From positions 64,001 through 128,000 of the forward strand of contig CAWJSK010000012.1 in NCBI GenBank assembly GCA_963845535.1: DNA of 64,000 nucleotides, read 5' to 3'. The notes beneath the pieces are model-generated. The model was not told the origin of the DNA. It saw only the letters and a program-made list of their open reading frames with translations, and ran no database searches. Positions 41,400 through 50,336 of this stretch are shown here, in pieces. The translations under genes were made by a program, and so were the position numbers. Source of the stretch: an uncultured Spirochaetota bacterium (GTDB lineage: Bacteria; Spirochaetota; Spirochaetia; SZUA-6; Fen-1364). Each line of letters opens with the position of its first letter. Position 1 is the first letter of the stretch.

Positions 41400-41452
41400 T
41401 TGACAATCGGAACATAGTTCCGTATATTGACATACAATAGGAACATGGTTCC
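41400..41452 (+). promoter_or_regulatory. sigma70 promoter with two GGAAC-N3-GTTCC operators
   Basis: TTGACA (41400)-N17-TATATT; CGGAACATAGTTCCG at 41408-41422 and GGAACATGGTTCC at 41440-41452. Confidence 0.7.
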
Positions 41453-41519
41453 GCTTAGCTTCAATGTAGCATAGCGAAGCGGCGTTGACCACACATCGGA
41501 TGCAAAGAAGGAGATTACC

Positions 41520-42272
41520 ATGCCGAACAAACCCGTCGTCCTGATCACCGGATGTTCGTCCGGGTTCGGTCTCGAGACCGCCCGGTACTTTCTCGATCGC
41601 GGTTGGAAGGTCATTGCCACAATGCGCACGCCGCGTGAGGACGTTCTGCCGCGTTCCGAGCGTCTGCGCGTGCTCGCCCTCGACGTCACCGATCCGCACA
41701 GCATTCGTCAGGCCGTGGAGGCCGCAGGGCCGATCGACGTCCTTGTCAACAACGCAGGGATTGGCATGCTGAACGCCCTCGAAGGCACCACCATGGAGAT
41801 TGCCCGCGAGGTCTTCGACACGAACACCCTCGGTACGATCGCGGTGACGCAGGCGGTGCTGCCGCAGTTTCGGCAACGGAAGGCCGGTGTCATCGTGAAC
41901 GTCACGTCGAGTGTGACCTTGACGCCGCTTCCCCTGCTTTCTGTATATACAGCGAGCAAAGCGGCGGTGAATGCGTTCACCGAGTCTCTTGCGCTGGAGC
42001 TCCAGCAATTCAATGTTCGAGTGAGCCTGGTGCTGCCGGGACGGGCTCCGGAGACCCGCTTCGCTGAAAACGGAAAGCCCCGGATGCAAGGGGGCATCCA
42101 CGATGCCTATACCGGCCTGGCGCAGAGCGTCTTTGCGGAATGGGCGCAGTCGTCTGTGGTCACGCGGTCGCTGGACGTGGCGGAAGCGGTGTGGCGGGCG
42201 GCGACCGACCCATCGTGCCCGGTTCGCATTGCCGCTGGCGCTGATGCCGTGGCGTTGGCTGAGTCGGCCTGA
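41520..42272 (+). CDS. SDR oxidoreductase
   Basis: TGCSSGFG, NNAG, YTASK. Confidence 0.9.
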   Translation: MPNKPVVLITGCSSGFGLETARYFLDRGWKVIATMRTPREDVLPRSERLRVLALDVTDPHSIRQAVEAAGPIDVLVNNAGIGMLNALEGTTMEIAREVFDTNTLGTIAVTQAVLPQFRQRKAGVIVNVTSSVTLTPLPLLSVYTASKAAVNAFTESLALELQQFNVRVSLVLPGRAPETRFAENGKPRMQGGIHDAYTGLAQSVFAEWAQSSVVTRSLDVAEAVWRAATDPSCPVRIAAGADAVALAESA

Positions 42273-42289
42273 CTCGAACGGAGGTACCT

Positions 42290-42547
42290 ATGCACGACAA
42301 ACGCGTCGCCCTGGTTACCGGGGCTAATCAAGGAGTCGGCTTTCAGCTCGCTAAGGAGCTCGTGGAACACGGCTTCACAGTGCTGGTCGGGTCGCGCAAT
42401 TTCGAGCGGGGCGAGGCTGCGGCCAAGAAGATTGGGCCGGGCGCCATCGTGCTCCATCTTGACGTGACAGATCAGGCCTCGATCGCCGCCGCGGCGGAAC
42501 GCATCCGCAAGGAGTCTGGCCGCCTCGACGTACTCGTTCAACGGTGA
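42290..42547 (+). pseudogene. truncated SDR (N-terminal third)
   Basis: GGAGG RBS, TGANQGVG; ends at LDVLV just before the expected NNAG. Confidence 0.8.
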
Positions 42548-42561
42548 TGGAAGAGAATGGC

Positions 42562-43596
42562 ATGAAATACCGCACGCTCGGAAGAACCGGCATCAAGGTC
42601 AGCCCGTATTGCCTGGGGGCCATGATGTTCGGCGCCGTTGGCGGCAATCCCGACCACGACGACGCGATCCGGATCATCCACAAGGCTCTGGATGCGGGGA
42701 TCAACTTCATCGATACCGCTGACAGGTACAGTCAGGGGGAGTCGGAGGAAATCGTCGGCAAGGCTCTCAAGGGGCGGCGCGACAACGTCGTGCTCGCCAC
42801 CAAGGTGAACAACCCGATGGGCGATGACCCGAACCAGCAGGGCAATTCGCGACGCTGGCTGATCCGCGAAGTGGAAACATCGCTGCGCCGCCTGCAGACC
42901 GACCACATCGATCTCTACCTGATTCACCGTCCGTCACCGGATACTGATATCGAGGAAACCCTCTCGGCCCTCACCGATCTGATGCGCTCTGGCAAGGTGC
43001 GCGCGATAGGATCATCGACGTTCCCTGCGTCGGAGATCGTCGAAGCGCAATGGGTCGCGGAGCGGCGCGCTCTGGCACGGTTTCGCGTCGAGCAACCTCC
43101 CTACTCGATCCTGAGCCGCGGCATCGAACGCGAGGTGCTGCCGGTTTGCGAGCGCTATGGGATGGGCGTGATGGTATGGAGCCCCCTGGCCAAGGGCATG
43201 CTCGCCGGCCGTTACCGCAAGGGCCAGCCGCTGCCCGACAGCCTACGCGCCAGGGTGATGCCGAAACAGATGAGCGACGAACACCGACTGGATGCGGTCG
43301 AGCAGCTCATTTCGATCGCCGCGGAGGCGGGGATGCCGCTGACGCATCTGGCCCTGGGTTTCGTGATGGCTCATCCCGGTGTGACGTCGGCGATCATCGG
43401 CCCGCGCACGATGGAACAGCTTGACGATCTGCTCGATGGCGTCGGGGTCACGCTTGATGACGGAGTCCTCGACCAGATCGACAAGATCGTTCCCCCCGGA
43501 ACCGATGTCGGGACGGACGCGGCGGCCTACGTAGCGCCGGAGCTGACCAACGCCGGCCTGCGCCGCCGCCCGAACAACGAGCGAGCAGCAAGCTGA
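42562..43596 (+). CDS. aldo/keto reductase
   Basis: FIDTADRY, ATK, IDLYLIH, SPLAKG. Confidence 0.92.
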   Translation: MKYRTLGRTGIKVSPYCLGAMMFGAVGGNPDHDDAIRIIHKALDAGINFIDTADRYSQGESEEIVGKALKGRRDNVVLATKVNNPMGDDPNQQGNSRRWLIREVETSLRRLQTDHIDLYLIHRPSPDTDIEETLSALTDLMRSGKVRAIGSSTFPASEIVEAQWVAERRALARFRVEQPPYSILSRGIEREVLPVCERYGMGVMVWSPLAKGMLAGRYRKGQPLPDSLRARVMPKQMSDEHRLDAVEQLISIAAEAGMPLTHLALGFVMAHPGVTSAIIGPRTMEQLDDLLDGVGVTLDDGVLDQIDKIVPPGTDVGTDAAAYVAPELTNAGLRRRPNNERAAS

Positions 43597-44062
43597 CCTG
43601 TTGATGAGGCCGCGGCCGCGCCAGAGAGGCTGCATCGTGCGCGAACTTACGAAAGGAGAGAAGGTTTCATGAATGTAATCGCTGTAAACGGGAGCCCGAG
43701 GAAAAACTGGAATACTGCTACTCTTTTGAATAAGGCAATAGAGGGGGCAAAGTCAGTTGGAGCGGAGACAGAGCTTTTTCATTTATACGACCTCAACTTC
43801 AAGGGGTGCACAAGTTGTTTTTCATGCAAAAGAAAAGGCAGTAAGAACAACGGGATATGTTCAATGAAAGATGAATTGACTAACTGCCTGAAGAAAATCT
43901 CAAAATGCGACGTCCTTTTTTTGGGTTCTCCCATTTACATTGGCGCAATAACCGGAGTTATGCACTCATCTCTCGAACGATTACTTTTCGCTCCATTGGC
44001 TTATGATGTTGGACATGGTTCAATTTTTCCAGGGAAAGTGTTCTCTTGCTTCTTCTATACAT

Positions 44063-45180
44063 TATTGAGCCTCGCGTAAATAGGTGACGTTTCAGTCAAA
44101 TGAAATCCCTGCATGTTTGAGGAAAGAATAGGGAAGACTGTTGCTTTGTGAATGGATTCGGGAAAATCCATCGCGCACTCCATCTACCATTCCTCCCAGG
44201 TCATCGGCGCATCGGTTGGCTAACTCTTGGCCCTCGATATTCGCCCAAGCACTCTCAACCGGGTTCAGCTCAGGGGCATAGGCGGGAAGGCGCACAACGG
44301 TCAGCCATTTGTCTTGTTGCTTCAAATAACTGGTCATGCGGCGGCTTCTGTGAGACGGCAGGCCATCCCAGACCAGAATAACTTTCTTCCGAAGGAACTC
44401 TTTGCGAAGCTGTGAAAGGAAGTCGCTCAACTTCTCGTCGTTGAAGCTGTCAGCAACAATGCGAAAGAAAAGCCGAGATTCTTTGCCATCCCATCGATAG
44501 CCGAGGGCCGCACAGATAGACAGTTTCTTCCAATTAAAGGTATGACAGAGCACGGGTGTCTTGCCTCGTGGCGCCCAGGTCCGTCTCACGGGAGGCTTCT
44601 GCGAAAGGCCGCTTTCATCAAGGAAAACTACCCATGCGCGCCAGAGGCTAGCGTTTTTTTTTACCTCTTCCCATCTCTGAGTCTTCCACTGAGTAATCTT
44701 TTCTTCGTCTCTTTCCTTTGCTTTCAGCGTCGGGCGCTGCAGACTCCACCCCATCTGGCGCAAGATTCTCCACACGTGACCCGGATGATAGCTTACCCCT
44801 GTCACACTACTGATGAGCTGGGCCACACGAGGGAGGGACCACAAATCCGTTGCGTATCCATGAGCCGTCGCTCCACGCAGCAGTTCCTTCTCCACCAGCG
44901 CCAGTTGCTCCTTCTCCAATTTGGGCTTTCGCCCGGCTCTTGTTGCCCCCTCCAGGGCAGCGATGTTACCGCTATGCCATGCCTGCCACCATTCGCTGAC
45001 GCTCTGGCGACTGACCCGCAAGTGCAAAGCCACCGCGGCTTGGCGTTCACCCTGCTCGAAGAGCGCAACGGCCTTCTCGCGGCGTTTGCGTAATTTTTCA
45101 AGCCTCTTTTTTCCCCTCTCCATGAGCAAGATTATGCCACAAACAAATTCTTTTGTCCGGAAATTTTGCGAGCCTCAATA
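44063..45180 (-). mobile_element. IS630-family insertion sequence with TA target duplication
   Basis: Ends TATTGAGCCTCGC and (reverse complement) TATTGAGGCTCGC; TA at 44063-64 and 45179-80. Confidence 0.92.
44092..45129 (-). CDS. IS630 DDE transposase, single ORF
   Basis: HTH, FLDESG, WDGLPSH, PAYAPELNPVE. Confidence 0.93.
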   Translation of the reverse strand: MLMERGKKRLEKLRKRREKAVALFEQGERQAAVALHLRVSRQSVSEWWQAWHSGNIAALEGATRAGRKPKLEKEQLALVEKELLRGATAHGYATDLWSLPRVAQLISSVTGVSYHPGHVWRILRQMGWSLQRPTLKAKERDEEKITQWKTQRWEEVKKNASLWRAWVVFLDESGLSQKPPVRRTWAPRGKTPVLCHTFNWKKLSICAALGYRWDGKESRLFFRIVADSFNDEKLSDFLSQLRKEFLRKKVILVWDGLPSHRSRRMTSYLKQQDKWLTVVRLPAYAPELNPVESAWANIEGQELANRCADDLGGMVDGVRDGFSRIHSQSNSLPYSFLKHAGISFD

Positions 45181-45464
45181 GGAGCGCCAGAAGAGAGGGC
45201 GAAATCTCAAAATTACCAGGCCGTTTTTCAATTCAATGAAATGGGATTAAAAAGACTTCATGGAACCTCGGAGTATCTAGTTTCATATAATACGTATCAG
45301 TTCGACGACTATTCCAAATATGATGCCCCCATGTTTGACGAAAGGGCAAAGGCAAAATATAAGGCAGAACATTTCCCAACGGAATGCCAAAAGGCGTTTG
45401 CTATTGGAGCAAAACTTGCGGGACAGGCAGGGAAACAGCTTTGAGCCCGCACAAGAGGTGCAGG

Positions 45465-45615
45465 ATGCGAGTGTTTCTGACAGGCGCCACCGGCTTTATC
45501 GGTTCCTTTCTCGTTCCGGAGCTCATCAACGCAGGCCGTTACGTGGTCGGGCTCAGCCGTTCGGACGCGGGCGCCGAGGCGCGCACCCGTGCCGGGGCAG
45601 AGATCTTCCGTGGCG
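45465..45615 (+). pseudogene. extended SDR N-terminal remnant
   Basis: [13 protein letters not shown]...GLSRSDAGAE...RG, then similarity lost; paralog of the 39387 gene. Confidence 0.75.
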
Positions 45616-45636
45616 AGAGCTGGCTCAGTCGCCTGG

Positions 45637-45912
45637 TCAGCCCTTTTCCAGTATCCTCAAGAGGGCTTCCAGCTCCTCGTGGCAGTCGCGGCAATTCGCA
45701 AGGTGATGGTGGACAAGGGGCAACAGACGGGCCGGGTCCTCGCCTCGGGCGACGATTTCCGCGTATTGATCCAGCAGTTGGTAGGCCTCCTCGCAGCCTA
45801 TTTCTTCGATGGCAGTGTTTGCGACCATGCCAGTGAGCATTTCCATCTTTGCGGATTCCTTCATTCGTAATCGCTTTCGCGGCATCCAGCCCCTGAGCCA
45901 TTTCAAAAGCAT
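45637..45912 (-). CDS. small zinc-binding anti-sigma factor (ZAS/zf-HC2)
   Basis: GCEE...HLANCRDC; directly downstream of the ECF sigma. Confidence 0.75.
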   Translation of the reverse strand: MLLKWLRGWMPRKRLRMKESAKMEMLTGMVANTAIEEIGCEEAYQLLDQYAEIVARGEDPARLLPLVHHHLANCRDCHEELEALLRILEKG

Positions 45913-45938
45913 TCCCGGCGGTCCTCTCCCTTTCACGT

Positions 45939-45970
45939 GACGTCTCTCCCACTCACAATCTTACCCGGAC
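45939..45970 (-). promoter_or_regulatory. putative ECF promoter for the anti-sigma gene
   Basis: GTCCGGGTAAGA-N14-GACGTC, matching the 48024 site. Confidence 0.65.
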
Positions 45971-46578
45971 TCCCGCGTGAGTTCCTGCACCGACATGCCC
46001 TCGCGCGCCAGCCTGCGTTTCAGCTTCAATCGGGCATCATGAATAGACTTGTAGAGAGCGTTCCTGTTGGTCCCGAGCCGCCGGGCCACCTCCTCGAGAG
46101 GCATCCCTTTGAGTGCCACCGCGGTGATGGCCGTGCGCTGTTTTTCCGACAGCTCCTCGATCATGATCCTGCTGAACGTCTCCATGGACATGGATTGCGC
46201 CGCGCGCGTCGCAGGATCCGAGCCTTGTCTTTCTGCCAGTGCAGGTGTCTCACCGGCTTCCATCAGATTCTCCAGCGACACGTCCTTCCAACGTCGTCGG
46301 CGAAGCTCAGTCAGCGCAACACGCACAGCGATCTTGTGGGCCCACGTCGTGAACTGGCTGCGTCCCTGGAAGGAATCGAGATTCTCCAGGACCTTCATCA
46401 GGGTTTCCTGGACAAAATCTTCGGCAAGGGAATCGAACTCCCGCCCCGACGTCTTCACCCATCCTTTCAAAGCGCCGGCAAGCCCTCTCAGGAGTATGGC
46501 CCGCAGCCGAGAGATTGCAGCGTCGCGTGAGGCGCTCGACGAGCGCAACTCTGATAGCCAGTCTTGATTGGTTTTCAA
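45961..46578 (-). CDS. ECF sigma factor
   Basis: AEDFVQE, FQGRSQFTTWAHKIA, region 4 HTH; TTG start. Confidence 0.9.
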   Translation of the reverse strand: MKTNQDWLSELRSSSASRDAAISRLRAILLRGLAGALKGWVKTSGREFDSLAEDFVQETLMKVLENLDSFQGRSQFTTWAHKIAVRVALTELRRRRWKDVSLENLMEAGETPALAERQGSDPATRAAQSMSMETFSRIMIEELSEKQRTAITAVALKGMPLEEVARRLGTNRNALYKSIHDARLKLKRRLAREGMSVQELTRESG

Positions 46579-46711
46579 GCGGTTTCAGTATATTTGCCAG
46601 GCCTCATGGGCGCAAGCAATTTCCGAGCTCATGACAATCAGAACGCAACCACCACCGCCGTTATTTTTCCATATCCAGTCCTCCTCTGACCGATGGTCCG
46701 TGCTGGCGTGC

Positions 46712-47229
46712 TCAGGAATGTTCGTGCAACCTGAAGACCTTCTCTCCTGCGCGGATGGGAACGTTGAGTCGATTCTCGGCAGGCGGGATAGGACAGGACC
46801 ACCGATCGTTATAGGCGCAGTAAGGGTTGTACGCCTGGTTGAAGTCGATGTGGAACTTCCCGTCCTCGTGACGGTGCGGCTCCAGATATCTGCCGGCAGG
46901 ATAGGTTTCCTTTCCCGCGAGTGAATCGACAAACGGCAGGAAAAACGTGTGATCGCTCTGGTAAATGGTGAGCTCGGCCGTCTTTCCGTCCACGGCAAAT
47001 CGAAAGCGCCCCCAGCGGACATGCTTCTGGCTGTCCCCCGTTGTTGTCTGCATTTCGACCTGCCGCTTCTCGCGGTACTCTTCCACCTCCACCTCAATGC
47101 GAAGCGCGGGATTCTCAGGGAAGTACGAAAGCCTCTTGAACCTGCGTTTCTGATCGGGTGTCAGCGGGCTTTCACGATCGGAAGCGAAGAACGGTCCTTT
47201 TCCTTTCGACGCTGTTCCAGTTGGTTCAT
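46712..47229 (-). pseudogene. DUF1684 protein, 1-nt frameshift near 47190
   Basis: MNQLEQRRKEKDR|FASDRESPL...YFP; ETYPAGRYL, DFNQAYNPYCAY, CPIPP. Confidence 0.8.
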
Positions 47230-47255
47230 AGCTTGTGTCTCCATCTCAATGCTTG

Positions 47256-47281
47256 GACGACACGAGCCGCAGGAATATTAC
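47256..47281 (-). promoter_or_regulatory. putative ECF promoter for the DUF1684 gene
   Basis: GTAATA-N14-GTCGTC, same spacing as the other two sites. Confidence 0.5.
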
Positions 47282-47325
47282 TTTGGAAGATACGACGCAG
47301 TGACCCTTGCAGGGCTCCCTGCGGC

Positions 47326-47973
47326 TTACTCGAACGCAAGCTCGCCGGCCTCGATGCGCAGAGACAGCGCATTCTCGATCGACGCGAGCGGGCAAAGCCA
47401 TCGGGAGTCATACGCGCACGATGGATTATAGGCATAATTGAAATCGAGCAGGATGTCGCGCGGACCTGCGCCGAGATCTGCGCCCTTGATTGTGTCGTAG
47501 AGGTAGCGGCCTCCCCCGTAGGTCTCACGCCCGCTCGTCTCGTCTCTGAAGGGCAGAAAGAGCCCTCCCCCGTACCCTTCCAGCCAGTACAGGGTCAGTC
47601 GCACCGGCGCGCTGTTCGGTGGCGTGAGCTCCGTACAGGCAAAGGGTCGATACTCCAGCTTCCCTTCCGGGAGCTCGAAAGACCCGCTTCCCTGCTGCTG
47701 CCCGCTAGCGACTTCCGGCCCTGCCTTCAACGGGAGGACCCGCGCCGTAAACCGCAGGGCGGGATTGAAAGGGAAGTAGCGCAGCCCTCTGAAGGCCCGC
47801 TTTTTCTGCTCATCGAGCGGAGATTGCGGATGTGATGCGAACATCCCGTCCCGCGCCTGGCGGAACCGCAGACACGCATCTGGAGCGTTCGCTGCGCCGG
47901 CGCTGCGAACCGCCGCGTACATTTCCGCTGTCAGCCGGCGCCAATGCGCGAGCTCGAGGGGCATGAACGTCAT
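47326..47973 (-). CDS. DUF1684 protein (paralog)
   Basis: HPQSPL, ETYGGGRYL, DFNYAYNPSCAY, CPL. Confidence 0.85.
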   Translation of the reverse strand: MTFMPLELAHWRRLTAEMYAAVRSAGAANAPDACLRFRQARDGMFASHPQSPLDEQKKRAFRGLRYFPFNPALRFTARVLPLKAGPEVASGQQQGSGSFELPEGKLEYRPFACTELTPPNSAPVRLTLYWLEGYGGGLFLPFRDETSGRETYGGGRYLYDTIKGADLGAGPRDILLDFNYAYNPSCAYDSRWLCPLASIENALSLRIEAGELAFE

Positions 47974-48023
47974 TCTCGAGGATTCTACGTGCCGTGGATT
48001 GCCGGATCAAGCGGGAACCCTTT

Positions 48024-48055
48024 GTCCGGGTAAGACTTCCGGTTTTCGGGACGTC
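48024..48055 (+). promoter_or_regulatory. putative ECF promoter for the DUF427 gene
   Basis: GTCCGGGTAAGA-N14-GACGTC. Confidence 0.65.
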
Positions 48056-48110
48056 TATGGGAGTGAGCGCGGCAATCGGCCGCGCAACCTGAAGTTCGAG
48101 GAGGACAGTC

Positions 48111-48395
48111 ATGGTCAAGGCTGTATGGAACGGCAAGGTTCTTGCCGAAAGCGATCAGACAGAGATCGTTGAAGGCAACCACTATTTCCCTGTCAAAGCC
48201 GTGAGGAGAGAGTACCTTCGGGAATCCGATCACCACACGGTGTGTCCCTGGAAAGGTACGGCCAGCTATTACCACGTCGTGGTGGATGGCAAGGTGAACC
48301 AGGACGCCGCGTGGTTTTACCCGGCACCCAAGAAGGCCGCTGAGCACATCACCGGCCGCATCGCCTTCTGGAAGGGCGTCAGAATAGAGGACTGA
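48111..48395 (+). CDS. DUF427 protein
   Basis: VEGNHYFP, CPWKGTASYY, AAWFYP. Confidence 0.9.
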   Translation: MVKAVWNGKVLAESDQTEIVEGNHYFPVKAVRREYLRESDHHTVCPWKGTASYYHVVVDGKVNQDAAWFYPAPKKAAEHITGRIAFWKGVRIED

Positions 48396-48488
48396 GAGTG
48401 GCACGCAAATGCCGTTCTGCTTGTCCTGGCGCTCCTTCACGAGGAGCTTGTTGCTCACCCTCGGAAGCGGTACGATCAACGCGCGCTT

Positions 48489-50336
48489 ATGACGAGCTTG
48501 ACGCAAGGACCCGGGCCGCGGGAAAACCCGGTACCTCGGACGACCGGGATCATGACGCTTGGCGTACGCACGAAGATTCTCATCCTCTGCATCTCCTGCA
48601 CGCTCGCGGCACTCGTTCTGCAGACGTTGTTCTTTCAATACTCCGCATCATCGATCATCTACCGCCAGGAACAGGAAGCCAGCCAGAAGTCGCTGGAGCA
48701 CATGCAGGATGAGCTGTACACGTGGGTCAAGTCCTACGAGAACAACCTCATCAAGATCTACAACCAGACGGAGCTCATCCGCGACCTGGGGGCGGCCCTG
48801 CCGCCGGAGGAGCTTCACCGCCGCTATGACCGCATCGCCTACGACCTGGCGCTCACGGTCTTCGACCCGGCCCAGAACGTGAACGCGCTGTACGTATACA
48901 CGATGAAGCAGGGATTGGTGTCCTACTACCGCAGCGCGAACACGCCCCGGTTCAACTACCCCGAGGACATCTACCAGGCCCCCTACCAGAACAACACGGA
49001 TGCCGTCACCTCTTATGTGCAGTCCGACAGGCGCGTCATGCTCGTCTCCAGTTACCTCAACACGAGCCGGGGGAAAGACATCGTCCGCTTCGTCCTGAAG
49101 ATCTACGCCAACAACGTGACGAAGAAGATCGGCTTCGTGGTGTGCGACGTGGACAGCGGAAGCTTCTCCCGCATCATGGAGAAATACGTGTATTCGGACC
49201 GCCAGCTCGTGTGGCTGCAGCCGGCGGGGGACCGCCCTGCGGTCTCCTTCGGCAACCCCAATCCGCGGGACACGGAGCTGTACCAGTCCCTCACCTCCCG
49301 GATGGCCAGGGCGGCCGGGATCGAAAGCGGCGCGCGGAAGATCGGGGACTCGGTCCTCTTCCAGGTGCCGCAGCGCAAGTACGACCTCACGGCCTACTCC
49401 CTGACGCCGCAGTACCTCCTGCAGGAGAGCCAGCGGGTCCTGCGGCGAAACATGCTCATCATCGCGCTCATCGTCGTGACAGTGGCCATTGTTTCCGCCA
49501 CCCTGCTGACGCGGTCCCTCACCACGCCCCTCTCCCGGATCGTGCGCAGCCTCCGCCAGATCAAGGACGGCGCCACCGATGTGAGGCTCACCGGGCTGAA
49601 GCGGGACGAGATCGGCAGCCTGGGCCAGACCATCAACGAGATGCTGGACCGCATCCAGGCGCTCATCGCGGAGGAGTACAAGGTCACGCTGCTCTTGAGG
49701 CAGGCCGAGTACAAGGCCCTGCAGGCCCAGGTAAACCCGCACTTCCTGTACAACTCGCTGGAAACCATGCGGGACGTGGCCGCCTCCCAGCAGTGCCACC
49801 CGGTGGCCGCCATGTGCCAGGCGCTGTCCAACATCTTCCGCTACAGCATCGACATGAAGGATCCCCTCGCGACGGTGGAGGAAGAGATCCTTCATATCAA
49901 GAACTACACGTACGTCATGAACGTGCGTACACACAACGGCGTCGAGCTGGAGGTGCGCGTCCATGATGAGCTGTTGCGGGAGCGCGTCCCCCGGCTTTCC
50001 CTGCAGCCGCTGGTAGAGAACTCCTTCACGCACGGCCTGAAGAACAAGCGGGGTCCGAAGAAGATCGTCATTTCCGGCGCCATCCAGGACGGCAGCATCG
50101 TGCTCTCGGTGAGCGACAACGGCGTGGGCATGGACGCGGATGAGGTCAACCGGCAGCTGCAAACGGGGGGGCCGGCTGAGGCGCTTGACAACATCTCCTC
50201 GGTGGGCCTGGGCAACATCCACGCCCGAACGCGGCTTCTCTTCGGAGAGAAGTACGGCGTGGTGGTCCAGAGCGACCCTGGGGAGGGAAGCACGGTTACG
50301 TTGGCCGTCCCTCGGGCGGGCCAGGGCGCGTCGTGA
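48489..50336 (+). CDS. YesM-type sensor histidine kinase
   Basis: Two TM, HAMP, LQAQVNPHFLYNSLE, QPLVEN, DNGVG. Confidence 0.92.
   Translation: MTSLTQGPGPRENPVPRTTGIMTLGVRTKILILCISCTLAALVLQTLFFQYSASSIIYRQEQEASQKSLEHMQDELYTWVKSYENNLIKIYNQTELIRDLGAALPPEELHRRYDRIAYDLALTVFDPAQNVNALYVYTMKQGLVSYYRSANTPRFNYPEDIYQAPYQNNTDAVTSYVQSDRRVMLVSSYLNTSRGKDIVRFVLKIYANNVTKKIGFVVCDVDSGSFSRIMEKYVYSDRQLVWLQPAGDRPAVSFGNPNPRDTELYQSLTSRMARAAGIESGARKIGDSVLFQVPQRKYDLTAYSLTPQYLLQESQRVLRRNMLIIALIVVTVAIVSATLLTRSLTTPLSRIVRSLRQIKDGATDVRLTGLKRDEIGSLGQTINEMLDRIQALIAEEYKVTLLLRQAEYKALQAQVNPHFLYNSLETMRDVAASQQCHPVAAMCQALSNIFRYSIDMKDPLATVEEEILHIKNYTYVMNVRTHNGVELEVRVHDELLRERVPRLSLQPLVENSFTHGLKNKRGPKKIVISGAIQDGSIVLSVSDNGVGMDADEVNRQLQTGGPAEALDNISSVGLGNIHARTRLLFGEKYGVVVQSDPGEGSTVTLAVPRAGQGAS

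Larger units (their letters stand above)
43669..45444 (+). pseudogene. flavodoxin-family Fe-S flavoprotein interrupted by IS630
   Basis: NGSPRKNWNT, GCTSCFSC; removing the IS plus one TA gives in-frame FYT-L-GAPEE...YQFDDYSKY. Confidence 0.88.

Noticed and set aside
45913..45936. GTG start at 45936 for the anti-sigma
   Set aside because: It lies at or upstream of the predicted ECF start site; ATG 45912 has a purine-rich RBS.
46660..46690. GGAGG followed by ATG GAA AAA TAA (MEK) on the minus strand upstream of the sigma
   Set aside because: Three codons only; cannot be told apart from chance or a remnant.
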